Positions 9,547 to 18,710 of a stretch of DNA of 64,000 nt are shown piece after piece (the stretch's first letter is position 1; each line of letters starts with the position of its first letter). The position numbers were made by a program, and so were the translations under genes. This DNA is from Longimicrobiales bacterium (GTDB lineage Bacteria; Gemmatimonadota; Gemmatimonadetes; Longimicrobiales; Gaopeijiaceae): assembly GCA_041690395.1 (NCBI GenBank), contig JAWLHJ010000001.1, positions 288,001-352,000 of the forward strand, in the 5' to 3' direction. A model generated the notes under the pieces. It was not told the origin of the DNA and searched no databases. It worked only from the letters and a program-made list of their open reading frames with translations.

Positions 9547-11162
9547 CAGCCGAGCCGCGGCACTTCGACCACGAACCGCGCGCCACCCCCCTCTCTGGAT
9601 TCCACGCGGGTCGTCCCACCGTGTGCTTCCGCCACCTCCCTCACGACCGACAGCCCTATGCCCGAGCCGGCCGTCGACGATTCTCTATGACGCTCCGAGC
9701 GGAAGTAGGGTTGCCAGATGCGTCCCTTGTCCCGTTCGGAAACACCCTCTCCCTCGTCCTCCACGGAGAAGCGCACGACGCCGAGCCGCCCCGTGACCCC
9801 GAGGGCGACGGTCTGCCCGGCCGGGCCGTATTTCACGGCGTTGTCGAGGAGGTTCAGGAGCGCCTGCCGCATGAGCCTCGGGTCGACGCAGGCGGTGAGA
9901 GGGCCCTCCGCCGAAACGACGATGTCCTGCTCGGCGGCCGCGGCCAGCGGCCGGAACGCTTCGGCCACCTCCTCGGCGAGCGCGGCGACGTCGGTCTCGA
10001 CGCAGTCCGCGCGGACCGCTTCCCGCTCGCTGCGGGAGTAGAGCAGCACGTTCCCGACCTGATGGGTGAGCCGCTGAGACTCGTTGACGATGATCTCGAG
10101 CGAGCGCCGGCGCTCCTCGTCCGTGCGCACCCGGTCGAGGAGCAGCGTCTCCCCGAACATCCGGATCTGGGCGAGCGGCGTCCGGAGCTCGTGCGAGACG
10201 CCGGAAACGAAGTCCGCCCGGAGCTGTGCCAGCTCGGTCTCGCGACGGAGCTGCCAGAACGCACCCGCCACCAGGCCCGTGGTCAGCACCAGAAGCGTCA
10301 GGATCAGGGGTAGCCGGGACTGCGGAAAGCCACCGATGACGAGGCTTGGCGCGACCTCCGGATTCACCACGACCCGGGCCGTGAGGCCGGCGTAGCGGGC
10401 GCCGAGCGTGTCACGCGCCTCGAAGTCCGAGACGTAGTGGGTATCGGCGGCCCACACGGTGCGGCCCTTCCCGCTCTCCATCGACACGGCGAACACCTGC
10501 TCGTTCGGCCGGCCTCCGGTGAGGCCTTCGGGCAGCAGCGGCGACGAAGCGAGCGAGTAGGTGAAGTGGGGGTCGAGCCCTCCCCGGCGCACGTGGAAGC
10601 CGTAGACGACCTCCGCGTCCCGGCGGTCGTCGGGAGCGAAGCGATAGGCGACGAAGCCGTCTCCCTCGGGACCCTCGAGCATGCGGGGCTGCCATCCGGG
10701 GCCCGCGCTCGCGTCGAAGTGGGTGCGGAGCTCGGTCTCGATCCAGTGCTCCAGGTGTGCGGGCGCGCCCTTCCCCTCGATCGCGACCGAGCCGCTGGCC
10801 AGGTCGAGACGGAAAACCGAGGACACGGCGTCCACGGTGGTCCACTCCCAGGCCCGGGCCGCCGTGCGCACGGTATCCATCGACAGCAGAGCGCCGGGCA
10901 CCTTGCCCCCGCACCCCGCGACGACGTCGAGCCCGAGGTACAGGACCTTGGCGTCGAGAGTGCGGCGCACGGTGTTGGCGTACTCCCAGGCGGCGAACTG
11001 CGCTTGCTCGCCCAGCGTCTTGTGCACCGCCGCCGCGTGGGAGCGGCTGGCGTCGAACGCCTGGTACGCGAGCAACCCGGCCAGGGCGAGCGCGCCCACG
11101 AGGAGGACCCCCACGAAGGCGGTGCTTCGTCCCAGCCGCGAAGATACGGTTCCCGGAGCCAT
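9546..11162 (-). CDS. membrane sensor histidine kinase (HisKA + HATPase_c)
   Basis: Two TM segments flank an extracytoplasmic domain; H-box SHELRTPL, N-box NLLDNAVKY, G boxes DEGEG and GSGIGL; TGATG coupling to the response regulator. Confidence 0.95.
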   Translation of the reverse strand: MAPGTVSSRLGRSTAFVGVLLVGALALAGLLAYQAFDASRSHAAAVHKTLGEQAQFAAWEYANTVRRTLDAKVLYLGLDVVAGCGGKVPGALLSMDTVRTAARAWEWTTVDAVSSVFRLDLASGSVAIEGKGAPAHLEHWIETELRTHFDASAGPGWQPRMLEGPEGDGFVAYRFAPDDRRDAEVVYGFHVRRGGLDPHFTYSLASSPLLPEGLTGGRPNEQVFAVSMESGKGRTVWAADTHYVSDFEARDTLGARYAGLTARVVVNPEVAPSLVIGGFPQSRLPLILTLLVLTTGLVAGAFWQLRRETELAQLRADFVSGVSHELRTPLAQIRMFGETLLLDRVRTDEERRRSLEIIVNESQRLTHQVGNVLLYSRSEREAVRADCVETDVAALAEEVAEAFRPLAAAAEQDIVVSAEGPLTACVDPRLMRQALLNLLDNAVKYGPAGQTVALGVTGRLGVVRFSVEDEGEGVSERDKGRIWQPYFRSERHRESSTAGSGIGLSVVREVAEAHGGTTRVESREGGGARFVVEVPRLG

Positions 11163-11208
11163 GATCCCGAAAGCTATCCGTCGGCGTGACCGCCGGCATC
11201 CGGACCGG

Positions 11209-11226
11209 TGTCAGGGAAGTGTCAGG
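11209..11226 (-). promoter_or_regulatory. putative OmpR-family autoregulatory site TGTCAGG-N4-TGTCAGG
   Basis: Perfect 7-bp direct repeat with 11-bp period, 47-64 bp upstream of the kinase start. Confidence 0.55.
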
Positions 11227-11253
11227 AGCCGGGGGTGAGGGTTAGAATGCGAC

Positions 11254-11352
11254 ATGGACATTTTCGAGATCATCATCCTGGTCGTGGTCTTCGTCGGATT
11301 CCTCGGACTGATCGCCTACGCGGCACGGCACGCGCGCTCGGGCGATGAGTGA
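11254..11352 (+). CDS. small single-TM protein, 32 aa (MDIFEIIILVVVFVGFLGLIAYAARHARSGDE)
   Basis: Hand-translated; TAGAAT 5 nt upstream of ATG; stop overlaps the start of the next gene; below the ORF-track size cut-off. Confidence 0.6.
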   Translation: MDIFEIIILVVVFVGFLGLIAYAARHARSGDE

Positions 11353-12559
11353 CACGACGCCGTCGGGAATCGGTGCCGCCGCGCTCACGTGCCGGAAGGG
11401 CGATTTCAGCCTCCGGCCGGGCGCGCCCTACCTGAACTGCGCCTACATGGGCCCCTTGCCCGCGGCGTCGGAGAAGGCGGGCGTAGCGGCCCTCACGCGG
11501 AAGCGGCACCCATCCGACATCACCGCGCCGGACGCGTTCTGGGAGAGCGACGGCATCCGTGAGCGCTTCGCGCGCCTCGTGGGGATCGGCGACGTCGGGC
11601 GCGTCGCGATCCAGCCCGGCGTGTCCTACGGGGTCGCGACGGCGGCCCGGAACGTGAGCGTCGAAGGTGGACAGAACATCGTGCTCACGGCCGAGCAGTT
11701 CCCCGGGAACGTGTACGCGTGGCGGCGGCTCGCGGAGGAGCGAGGCGCCACGCTGCGCTCCGTGGGTCCGGGTGAAGCCGATCCGGGTGCGGCCGGCACG
11801 TCACGGGGCGCGCTCTGGAACGAGCGCCTCCTCGAAGCCATCGACATGGAGACCGCCGTGGTCGCCGTGCCGCACGTCCACTGGACCGATGGAACGCGGT
11901 TCGACCTGGTGGAGATCGGGCGGCGATGCGGGGAGGTCGGCGCGGCGCTCGTGGTCGACGCCACCCAGTCCGTCGGGGCCCTTCCGTTCGACGTCGCCGA
12001 AGTGCGGCCCGACGCGCTCGTGGTCGCTGCGTACAAGTGGATGCTCGGCCCCTATTCGCTGGCGCTCTCGTACTTCGGCTCGCGCTTCGACGACGGCGTC
12101 CCGCTCGAGGAAACCTGGATCGCCCGCGAGGACAGCCACGACTTCCAGCGCCTGGTCGAGTATCGGGACGAGTACGCCCCCGGAGCGGTCCGTTACGACA
12201 TGGCCGAGCGCTCCAACTTCTTCCTGCTCCCCATCGCGGAGCGGAGTCTCGATCTGCTTCTCGACTGGCGCCCGGAGCGGATCCAGTCGTACTGCCGGTC
12301 CCTCACCGCCGGCCTGGTCGCCGAGGCCTCGGAGCTCGGGTTCGGGGTCGAGGACGAGCGTTGGCGGGCCCATCATCTGTTCGGTCTCCGGATGCCGGCG
12401 GCGGTGGATCTGACCGACCTGCGCGACCGTCTGGCCGCCCGTGGCATCTCGGTGTCGCTACGGGGCTCGGCGCTCCGGGTGTCTCCGAACGTCTACAACG
12501 ACGAGGCCGACATCGAGGCGCTCCTCGGGGTGCTCAGGGAGTCGGTCGGGCGCGCGTGA
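11345..12559 (+). CDS. class V PLP-dependent enzyme (cysteine/cystine lyase- or kynureninase-like)
   Basis: YLNCAYMGP, VVDATQS, PLP-lysine AYKW, C-terminal LRVSPNVYN. No obvious SufS/IscS catalytic-Cys loop. Confidence 0.88.
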   Translation: MSDTTPSGIGAAALTCRKGDFSLRPGAPYLNCAYMGPLPAASEKAGVAALTRKRHPSDITAPDAFWESDGIRERFARLVGIGDVGRVAIQPGVSYGVATAARNVSVEGGQNIVLTAEQFPGNVYAWRRLAEERGATLRSVGPGEADPGAAGTSRGALWNERLLEAIDMETAVVAVPHVHWTDGTRFDLVEIGRRCGEVGAALVVDATQSVGALPFDVAEVRPDALVVAAYKWMLGPYSLALSYFGSRFDDGVPLEETWIAREDSHDFQRLVEYRDEYAPGAVRYDMAERSNFFLLPIAERSLDLLLDWRPERIQSYCRSLTAGLVAEASELGFGVEDERWRAHHLFGLRMPAAVDLTDLRDRLAARGISVSLRGSALRVSPNVYNDEADIEALLGVLRESVGRA

Positions 12560-12603
12560 CCGGGGCCCGTGAGCGCGCACGGGCGCCCGACGATGCGCGT
12601 CCC

Positions 12604-13188
12604 TCAGCGTCCGGCGCCGACGCCGAACACGACCTCCGCCTGGTCGCCCACGCCGATGCCTTCCTCGGCGAACCAGCCCTGGCGAACCTCGAGCGCGAAC
12701 ATCGCCGGCGCGCTGCTCGGGTAGGTGTCCGTGACGAGCGGCTCCATCTGGACGATGTCCACGATCCGGTAGGAAGGATCCATGTAGGCGATGTCGAGCG
12801 GCACGTACGTGTTGGCCATCCAGAAGGCACGGACGTCGTTGTCCTGGAAGACGAAGAGCATGCCCGTCCCGTCGGGCACCTCCTCACGGTACATGAGTCC
12901 CTCGGCTCTCTCGTCGGCCGTCGCGGCGACCTCGGCGACGACGGTATCGGCCCCGAAGATCACCCAGGCGTGTCCCGCGGCGGGCCGGGGAGTGCTGGTT
13001 GCGCCTCCCTCCATGGCTCCCCTCGCACGGGCCTGCTGGTCCGCCGCGGCCGGCGTCTCGTCGCGCTCGTCGGCGCTCCGATCGTCGCTCGCCGGGCAGC
13101 CGAGCAGGAACGGAAGAAGCCCGACAGCAAGCACCCAATGGTGCGATCGGCCTGGTCGGCCACTTCTCGTGATATTGCGCGCGGTCAT
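12604..13188 (-). CDS. DUF192 family lipoprotein
   Basis: Lipobox LLGC; ERAEGLMYR, GMLFVF, FWMANTYVPLDIAY and ALEV motifs; GGAGG RBS before ATG at 13188. Confidence 0.88.
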   Translation of the reverse strand: MTARNITRSGRPGRSHHWVLAVGLLPFLLGCPASDDRSADERDETPAAADQQARARGAMEGGATSTPRPAAGHAWVIFGADTVVAEVAATADERAEGLMYREEVPDGTGMLFVFQDNDVRAFWMANTYVPLDIAYMDPSYRIVDIVQMEPLVTDTYPSSAPAMFALEVRQGWFAEEGIGVGDQAEVVFGVGAGR

Positions 13189-13318
13189 GCTTGGCCTCCC
13201 ATTCGTACACGGACCTATGTAAGTTACGCGGCTTCGTGTCGGGTCCCAGTCCTCCCGCCGGGAACCGAGCGGCACATTCGCCGCCGGATCATGGTCGGAG
13301 ATGGAGTGTCGAGCAAAG

Positions 13319-13570
13319 ATGGTCGATCAGCAGCTGTTGGACATCCTGGTGTGTCCCGAGACGAAGCAGCCTCTGCGTGTCGCGGACGCCGAGACCCTCC
13401 GTCGCCTGAACGAGGCGATCGGACGCGGTGCGGTCGTGAGCCGCGGTGGACGCAAGCTGGAAGAGCCGGTTTCCGAGGGACTCGTCCGGGAAGCCGGCGA
13501 CGTGCTCTATCCGATCCGGGATGAAATCCCGATCATGCTCGTCGACGAAGCCATACCACTACCTCAATAG
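13319..13570 (+). CDS. Trm112/YcaR-family protein
   Basis: [14 protein letters not shown]...[15 protein letters not shown] signature. Confidence 0.88.
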   Translation: MVDQQLLDILVCPETKQPLRVADAETLRRLNEAIGRGAVVSRGGRKLEEPVSEGLVREAGDVLYPIRDEIPIMLVDEAIPLPQ

Positions 13571-13575
13571 CGATC

Positions 13576-14214
13576 ATGGGACGACTCCGGATCTTCCGCT
13601 TTTCGACGCTCGCGCTCCTGGCGGGCGGGCTCGCCGCGTGCGACGCCACGCCGCCGCCGGTGGGCATGGCCCGGGGCGAGGCGCTCTACCAGACCTGCAC
13701 GCCCTGTCACGGCGAGAGCGGCGTCGGCAACGTCGACATCGCCGCGCCGAGCATCGCCGGGCTGCCCCAGTGGTACATCGAGGCACAGCTGGAGGGGTTC
13801 CAGCAGGGATTCCGGGGGCGTCACCACGAGGACCTGCCCGGACTCCGCATGCGGCCCATGGCGGTATCCCTCACGCGCGAGGGCGACATCGAGTCCGTGG
13901 CGGAGTACGCGGCGTCGCTCCCCGCCGTCTATCCCGAGAGCACGCTCGACGGAAACGCGGGCGCCGGGGCCGCGAGCTACCAGGTCTGCGTTGCCTGTCA
14001 CGGCGCGTCCGGGCTCGGCGACGAGCTCCTGCGCTCGCCGCCCATCGTCCAGATGCACGACTGGTACATGCTGAACCAGCTCCGCAACTTCAAGTCCGGG
14101 GCGCGCGGCGCACATCCGCAGGACACCTGGGGCGCCACCATGCGTGTGAATACGCTGGCGCTCTCCGAGCAGGCGATGAAAGACGTCATCGCGTACGTGT
14201 ACACGCTTAGGTAG
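13576..14214 (+). CDS. diheme c4-like cytochrome c lipoprotein
   Basis: Lipobox LAAC; CTPCH and CVACH; APSIAG..WYI..QL repeats; distal Met candidates. Confidence 0.92.
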   Translation: MGRLRIFRFSTLALLAGGLAACDATPPPVGMARGEALYQTCTPCHGESGVGNVDIAAPSIAGLPQWYIEAQLEGFQQGFRGRHHEDLPGLRMRPMAVSLTREGDIESVAEYAASLPAVYPESTLDGNAGAGAASYQVCVACHGASGLGDELLRSPPIVQMHDWYMLNQLRNFKSGARGAHPQDTWGATMRVNTLALSEQAMKDVIAYVYTLR

Positions 14215-14226
14215 GCAACGAATCCC

Positions 14227-14406
14227 ATGAGCGACCACGCCGCCGCGGAGCTGGCTCCCACGTTGACCCCCGAAGAGAGGGTGGCGCTCGCGCCGCCCTC
14301 GGACGACGAGAACCCCGCTATCGTGGACGCGAAGAAGGCCTTCGTGATCACGGTCTGGAGCAGCTTGCTCTTCGTCGGGGTCGTCGTCGTGTTCATCCTC
14401 CTGTGA
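14227..14406 (+). CDS. small membrane protein, 59 aa, with a C-terminal TM helix, inside the oxidase operon
   Basis: Hand-translated MSDHAAAELAPTLTPEERVALAPPSDDENPAIVDAKKAFVITVWSSLLFVGVVVVFILL; fills the gap between the cytochrome c and subunit II genes. Confidence 0.75.
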   Translation: MSDHAAAELAPTLTPEERVALAPPSDDENPAIVDAKKAFVITVWSSLLFVGVVVVFILL

Positions 14407-14428
14407 TCCCCGACACTCGGCTAGCAGA

Positions 14429-15106
14429 ATGATCGAGCGTTTTCTAGTACAGGCTTCGACCTACGCCGGAAGCATCGACGGGATCATCATGCTCGTCTTC
14501 GTGCTCGTCGGCTTCTGGTTCCTGGCCGCCGAGGGCATCTTCTTCTGGCTCATCTGGAAGTTCAGGGCCCGCCCCGGCGAGAAGTCGCAGTACCTGACGG
14601 GCAAGGAGAAGCACGTGAAGCGGTGGGTGACCATCCCGCACGCGCTCGTCCTGGTCTGCGACGTCTTCATCATCATCGGCTCGGTCCGAGTCTGGTACGA
14701 CGTGAAGCAGCGCCTGCCGGAGGCCGACAGCACGATCCGGGTCATCGGACAGCAGTGGGCCTGGACGTTCCAGCATCCCGGCCCGGACAACACGCTCGAC
14801 ACGGCCGACGACATCTTCACCGTCGACGACCTCCACGTCGAAGTGGAGAAGACGTACCACTTCCGGCTGGAGTCGCGGGACGTGGTGCACTCCTTCTCGG
14901 TTCCCGTGTTCCGGCTGAAGCAGGACGCCGTCCCCGGACGGTCGATCACCGGGTGGTTCCGTCCCACCGAGACGGGTGAGCACGACGTGCAGTGTGCCGA
15001 GATCTGCGGCATCGGACACGGCATCATGGCCGCACGAATCCACATCGAAGACGCCGACACACACGCCCAGTGGATCGCGGAGAACTCGACCTCCGCGGCC
15101 CAGTAG
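14429..15106 (+). CDS. coxB: cytochrome c oxidase subunit II (CuA)
   Basis: Two TM helices; GQQWAW; DVVHSF...KQDAVPG; CuA motif CAEICGIGHGIM. Confidence 0.95.
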   Translation: MIERFLVQASTYAGSIDGIIMLVFVLVGFWFLAAEGIFFWLIWKFRARPGEKSQYLTGKEKHVKRWVTIPHALVLVCDVFIIIGSVRVWYDVKQRLPEADSTIRVIGQQWAWTFQHPGPDNTLDTADDIFTVDDLHVEVEKTYHFRLESRDVVHSFSVPVFRLKQDAVPGRSITGWFRPTETGEHDVQCAEICGIGHGIMAARIHIEDADTHAQWIAENSTSAAQ

Positions 15107-15121
15107 GGCAAGAGGAAGCAG

Positions 15122-16837
15122 ATGGCTGACACCGCTGTCCAGGTCGAGCACGACCACCACGGGGCCGACGCCCATCACGGGCCCACCGGCATCCTGAAGT
15201 ACATCTGGTCGACCGATCACAAGATCATCGGCATGCAGTACCTCTTCACGGGCATGTTCATGGCCGTGATCGGGGGCTACATGGCGTACGTGTTCCGGAT
15301 GCAGCTCGCGTTCCCCGGCATCAGCGTGCCGGGCTTCGGGCAGGTCTCGCCCGGCGAGTACAACTCCCTGATCACGAATCATGGCTCGATCATGATCTTC
15401 TGGGTGGCGATGCCCGTTCTCATCGCCGCCTTCGGGAACTTCCTGATTCCGCTCATGATCGGCGCGGACGACATGGTGTTCCCGCGGATCAATCGGCTCT
15501 CGTATCAGATCTTCCTGATCAGCGCGCTGATCCTTCTCGCCTCCTTGTTCGTGGAGGGGGGTGGCTTCGGCGGTGCCTGGACGTCCTACCCGCCGCTGTC
15601 CGCCGTGGCGGAATACAACCTGACGAATCTGGGCTCCACACTATGGCTGACCGCCGTGGCCCTGGAGTTCGTCGCGTTCCTGCTCGGCGGTATCAACTTC
15701 ATCGTCACGCTCATGAATTCCCGGGCGCCCGGCATGAAGGCGTACGACATCCCGCTCACGGTGTGGATGATCGTGATCGCGAGCGTGCTCTTCATGTTGT
15801 CCGTCGGCCCGCTCATGGCCGGCGCGGTGATGCTCCTGTTCGACCAGACGCTGGGCACCGGATTCTACGACCCGGCCCGCGGTGGCGACCCGATCCTCTG
15901 GCAGCACCTCTTCTGGTTCTTCGGGCACCCCGAGGTCTATGTGGTGCTCCTGCCGGCGATCGGTTTCGTGATCGACATCACGGCGACCTTCGCGCGTAAG
16001 AAGGTCTTCGGATACAAGATCATGCTCTACACCGCGGTCGCGACGGCCGTGCTGAGCTTCTTCGTCTGGGCGCACCACCAGTTCGTGGCGGGCATCGACC
16101 CGCGCATGGCGAACGTGTTCACGATCACGACGCTCCTGATCTCGGTGCCCATCGCCGAGCTCCTGTTCGTCATGATCGCGACGCTCTACGGCGGCTCGAT
16201 CACGTTGAAGACGCCGATGCTGTGGGCGCTCGGCTTCATCTCGACGTTCCTGCTCGGCGGCGTCACCGGCATCTTCCTCGGCGCGAGCGGCGCGGACATC
16301 TACCTGCACGACACGTACTTCGTGCTCGCGCACTTCCACTACACCTTCTTCCCCATCGCCATCATCGGGACGTTCGCAGCGTTCACCTACTGGTTCCCGA
16401 AGATGTTCGGGCGGATGATGGACGAGCGCCTCGGCAAGATCCATTTCTGGGGCACGATCATCCCGTTCAACACGATCTTCATCCCGCTCTTCATGCTGGG
16501 GGGGATCGGGCAGCACCGCCGGATCTACAACTTCGAGCACTTCCCGGAGCTCGCCGAGCCCTGGATGTTCACGCTTCGCCAGATCGCCACGATCTCGCTC
16601 GTGATCATGCTGCTCTTCCAGTTCGTCTTCTTCTACAACGTGATCAAGTCGTGGATCTCGGGTAAGAAGGCGGGGGACAACCCGTGGAAGGCGAACACCC
16701 TCGAGTGGTCCACGGTCTCGCCGCCGCCGCATGGCAACTGGCCGCCGGCCGAGCTTCCGAAGGTGTACCGCGGGCCGTACGAGTACAGCCATCCGGATCG
16801 CGAAGAAGACTACTGGCCCCAGAACGAACCAGCCTGA
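15122..16837 (+). CDS. coxA: heme-copper oxidase subunit I, A1-type motif, atypical K-channel
   Basis: NHG, DMVFPRIN, WTSYPPL, WFFGHPEVY, WAHH, LHDTY, AHFHY and RR motifs. Confidence 0.97.
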   Translation: MADTAVQVEHDHHGADAHHGPTGILKYIWSTDHKIIGMQYLFTGMFMAVIGGYMAYVFRMQLAFPGISVPGFGQVSPGEYNSLITNHGSIMIFWVAMPVLIAAFGNFLIPLMIGADDMVFPRINRLSYQIFLISALILLASLFVEGGGFGGAWTSYPPLSAVAEYNLTNLGSTLWLTAVALEFVAFLLGGINFIVTLMNSRAPGMKAYDIPLTVWMIVIASVLFMLSVGPLMAGAVMLLFDQTLGTGFYDPARGGDPILWQHLFWFFGHPEVYVVLLPAIGFVIDITATFARKKVFGYKIMLYTAVATAVLSFFVWAHHQFVAGIDPRMANVFTITTLLISVPIAELLFVMIATLYGGSITLKTPMLWALGFISTFLLGGVTGIFLGASGADIYLHDTYFVLAHFHYTFFPIAIIGTFAAFTYWFPKMFGRMMDERLGKIHFWGTIIPFNTIFIPLFMLGGIGQHRRIYNFEHFPELAEPWMFTLRQIATISLVIMLLFQFVFFYNVIKSWISGKKAGDNPWKANTLEWSTVSPPPHGNWPPAELPKVYRGPYEYSHPDREEDYWPQNEPA

Positions 16838-17415
16838 TGTCACACGCCAAGCCTATCGCAACGCTCCGTTCCGCCACGGGGATCCCCACAGGTCGTCTCG
16901 CGATCTGGTGGGTCCTCGCCTCGGAGGTCGTCATCTTCGGCGGTCTCATCGCGGCGTATCTCATGCACCGCCTCGGACACCCGGAGTGGGCCGACGCAGC
17001 CGCGGTCACGAACACGATGATCGGGACGGTCAACACGTTCGTGCTGCTCACCTCGAGCTTCACCGCGGTCCTGGCCCACCAGGCCGCCGAGCGCGGTGAC
17101 GGAAAGAAGGCGGCGAAGTACCTCGTGTTCACGATCGGGGGTGCGCTCACCTTCGTCTGCATCAAGAGCTACGAGTGGTGGTACGAGATCAGCCACGGCT
17201 ACACCATCACCTCGAACACCTTCTGGTCCTTCTACTACACCATGGCGGGGCTCCACGCGCTGCACGTGATCGCGGGCGCGATCATCATGGGCGTCGTGGC
17301 GTTCGACGCGTACCGGGGCCGTGAGCTGCAGCGGGTCGAGCTCATCGGCATCTACTGGCACTTCGTCGACGTGGTCTGGATCTTCCTGTTCCCGCTTCTC
17401 TACATCGCGAAGTAG
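16837..17415 (+). CDS. heme-copper oxidase subunit III (first copy)
   Basis: WWVLASEV.IF, NTFVLLTSS, GLHALHV and YWHFVDVVW motifs; TGATG overlap with subunit I. Confidence 0.92.
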   Translation: MSHAKPIATLRSATGIPTGRLAIWWVLASEVVIFGGLIAAYLMHRLGHPEWADAAAVTNTMIGTVNTFVLLTSSFTAVLAHQAAERGDGKKAAKYLVFTIGGALTFVCIKSYEWWYEISHGYTITSNTFWSFYYTMAGLHALHVIAGAIIMGVVAFDAYRGRELQRVELIGIYWHFVDVVWIFLFPLLYIAK

Positions 17416-17428
17416 GCCGAGACGAGAT

Positions 17429-18103
17429 ATGTCAGACCATTCCGGACATCACGACGTCAACTACAAGAAGATCTACTTCACGCTGCTCTTCCTGCTGGTC
17501 GTGAGCGTGGTGGGTCCCGAGTTCGGCATCCTCTGGGTCACGCTGGTGACGGCGTTCGGCGTCGCGGCGGTGAAAGCGTACCTGGTCATCGAGAACTTCA
17601 TGCATCTCCGTTGGGAGAAGAAGCTCATGAAGTGGATGTTGACCTCCTCGCTGATCGTCATGGCGCTCATGTTCTTCGGCATCGCGCCCGACGTCATGAA
17701 GCACGAGGGCCGCAACTGGGTGAACCAGGCCGCCATCGCGGCCACCGAGCGCGGCATCGGCGGGCATGGAGAGGAGGAGTCCGCCGGGGAAGCGGTGGAG
17801 ATGGTCGAGGCGGAGCCCGGTGTGTTCAATGCGCAGTCGCAGTACAACATCGCCTGCGCGACGTGTCACGGTCAGCAGGGCATGGGCGACGGGGCCGCGG
17901 CCGCGGCCCTCAACCCTCAGCCTGCCGACTTCACGGACCCGGCCTTCTGGACGGAGCGTGACCGTGACCGTATCTACACGGTCATCCGCGAGGGCGCGGC
18001 GGCCGTCGGTGGCTCGCCACTGATGGTGGCCTGGCAGAACACGTACAACGACGAGCAGATCGAGGCGCTCACGGACTACGTGATGGGGTTCCAGCCGGAG
18101 TAA
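17429..18103 (+). CDS. oxidase subunit IV-like domain fused to a monoheme cytochrome c
   Basis: His-rich N-terminus; three TM helices with KAYLV..FMHL; C-terminal CATCHG...NPQPADF...M.AW domain. Confidence 0.88.
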   Translation: MSDHSGHHDVNYKKIYFTLLFLLVVSVVGPEFGILWVTLVTAFGVAAVKAYLVIENFMHLRWEKKLMKWMLTSSLIVMALMFFGIAPDVMKHEGRNWVNQAAIAATERGIGGHGEEESAGEAVEMVEAEPGVFNAQSQYNIACATCHGQQGMGDGAAAAALNPQPADFTDPAFWTERDRDRIYTVIREGAAAVGGSPLMVAWQNTYNDEQIEALTDYVMGFQPE

Positions 18104-18107
18104 CACG

Positions 18108-18710
18108 ATGACCGCACATTCCGCCACCGCCGATTTCGAGCACCGCCCCGAGCCGGTGCGCCGGGAGAAGATCATCCCGAACGGCGTCATGGGGATGATC
18201 GCGTTCATCTTCACCGAGCTGATGTTCTTCTCGGGGCTGATCTCCGCTCACACCATCGTGCGCTCGCAGGTCGCCGGGCAGATGTGGCCGCCATTCGGCC
18301 AGCCCCGGCTCCCGGTGGAGGAGACCGCGATCAACACCGCGGCGCTCATGGCGAGTGGCATCGTGCTCGTGCTGACGTGGTTCGCGTTCCGGCGCGATGC
18401 GCAGCTCGCCAGGATTCCGCTCCTGATCTCTCTCGGACTCGGCGCGTTTTTCGTATTGTTCCAGGGGGCGGAGTGGGTGGCGCTGCTCGGTGAGGGGCTC
18501 ACGATGACGTCCAGCACGTACGGGGCGTTCTTCTATCTCATCGTCGGCACCCACGGCCTGCACGCCCTCGCCGCCCTGATCGCGCTCGGCTGGACGTACG
18601 CCCGGCTCGACAAGGGCAAGCTGACCGGACACGAGCTCGCCACGGTCTCCGCGTTCTGGTACTTCGTCGTTCTCGTGTGGCCCGTGCTCTACTGGAGGGT
18701 CTACCTGTGA
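18108..18710 (+). CDS. heme-copper oxidase subunit III (second copy)
   Basis: FIFTELMFF, INTAALMAS, QGAEW, GTHGLHAL and FWYFVV motifs. Confidence 0.9.
   Translation: MTAHSATADFEHRPEPVRREKIIPNGVMGMIAFIFTELMFFSGLISAHTIVRSQVAGQMWPPFGQPRLPVEETAINTAALMASGIVLVLTWFAFRRDAQLARIPLLISLGLGAFFVLFQGAEWVALLGEGLTMTSSTYGAFFYLIVGTHGLHALAALIALGWTYARLDKGKLTGHELATVSAFWYFVVLVWPVLYWRVYL

Noticed and set aside
11345..12559. Calling the PLP enzyme SufS/IscS or selenocysteine lyase
   Set aside because: The catalytic Cys loop (RxGHHCA or SSGSAC) is absent; substrate cannot be assigned from sequence.
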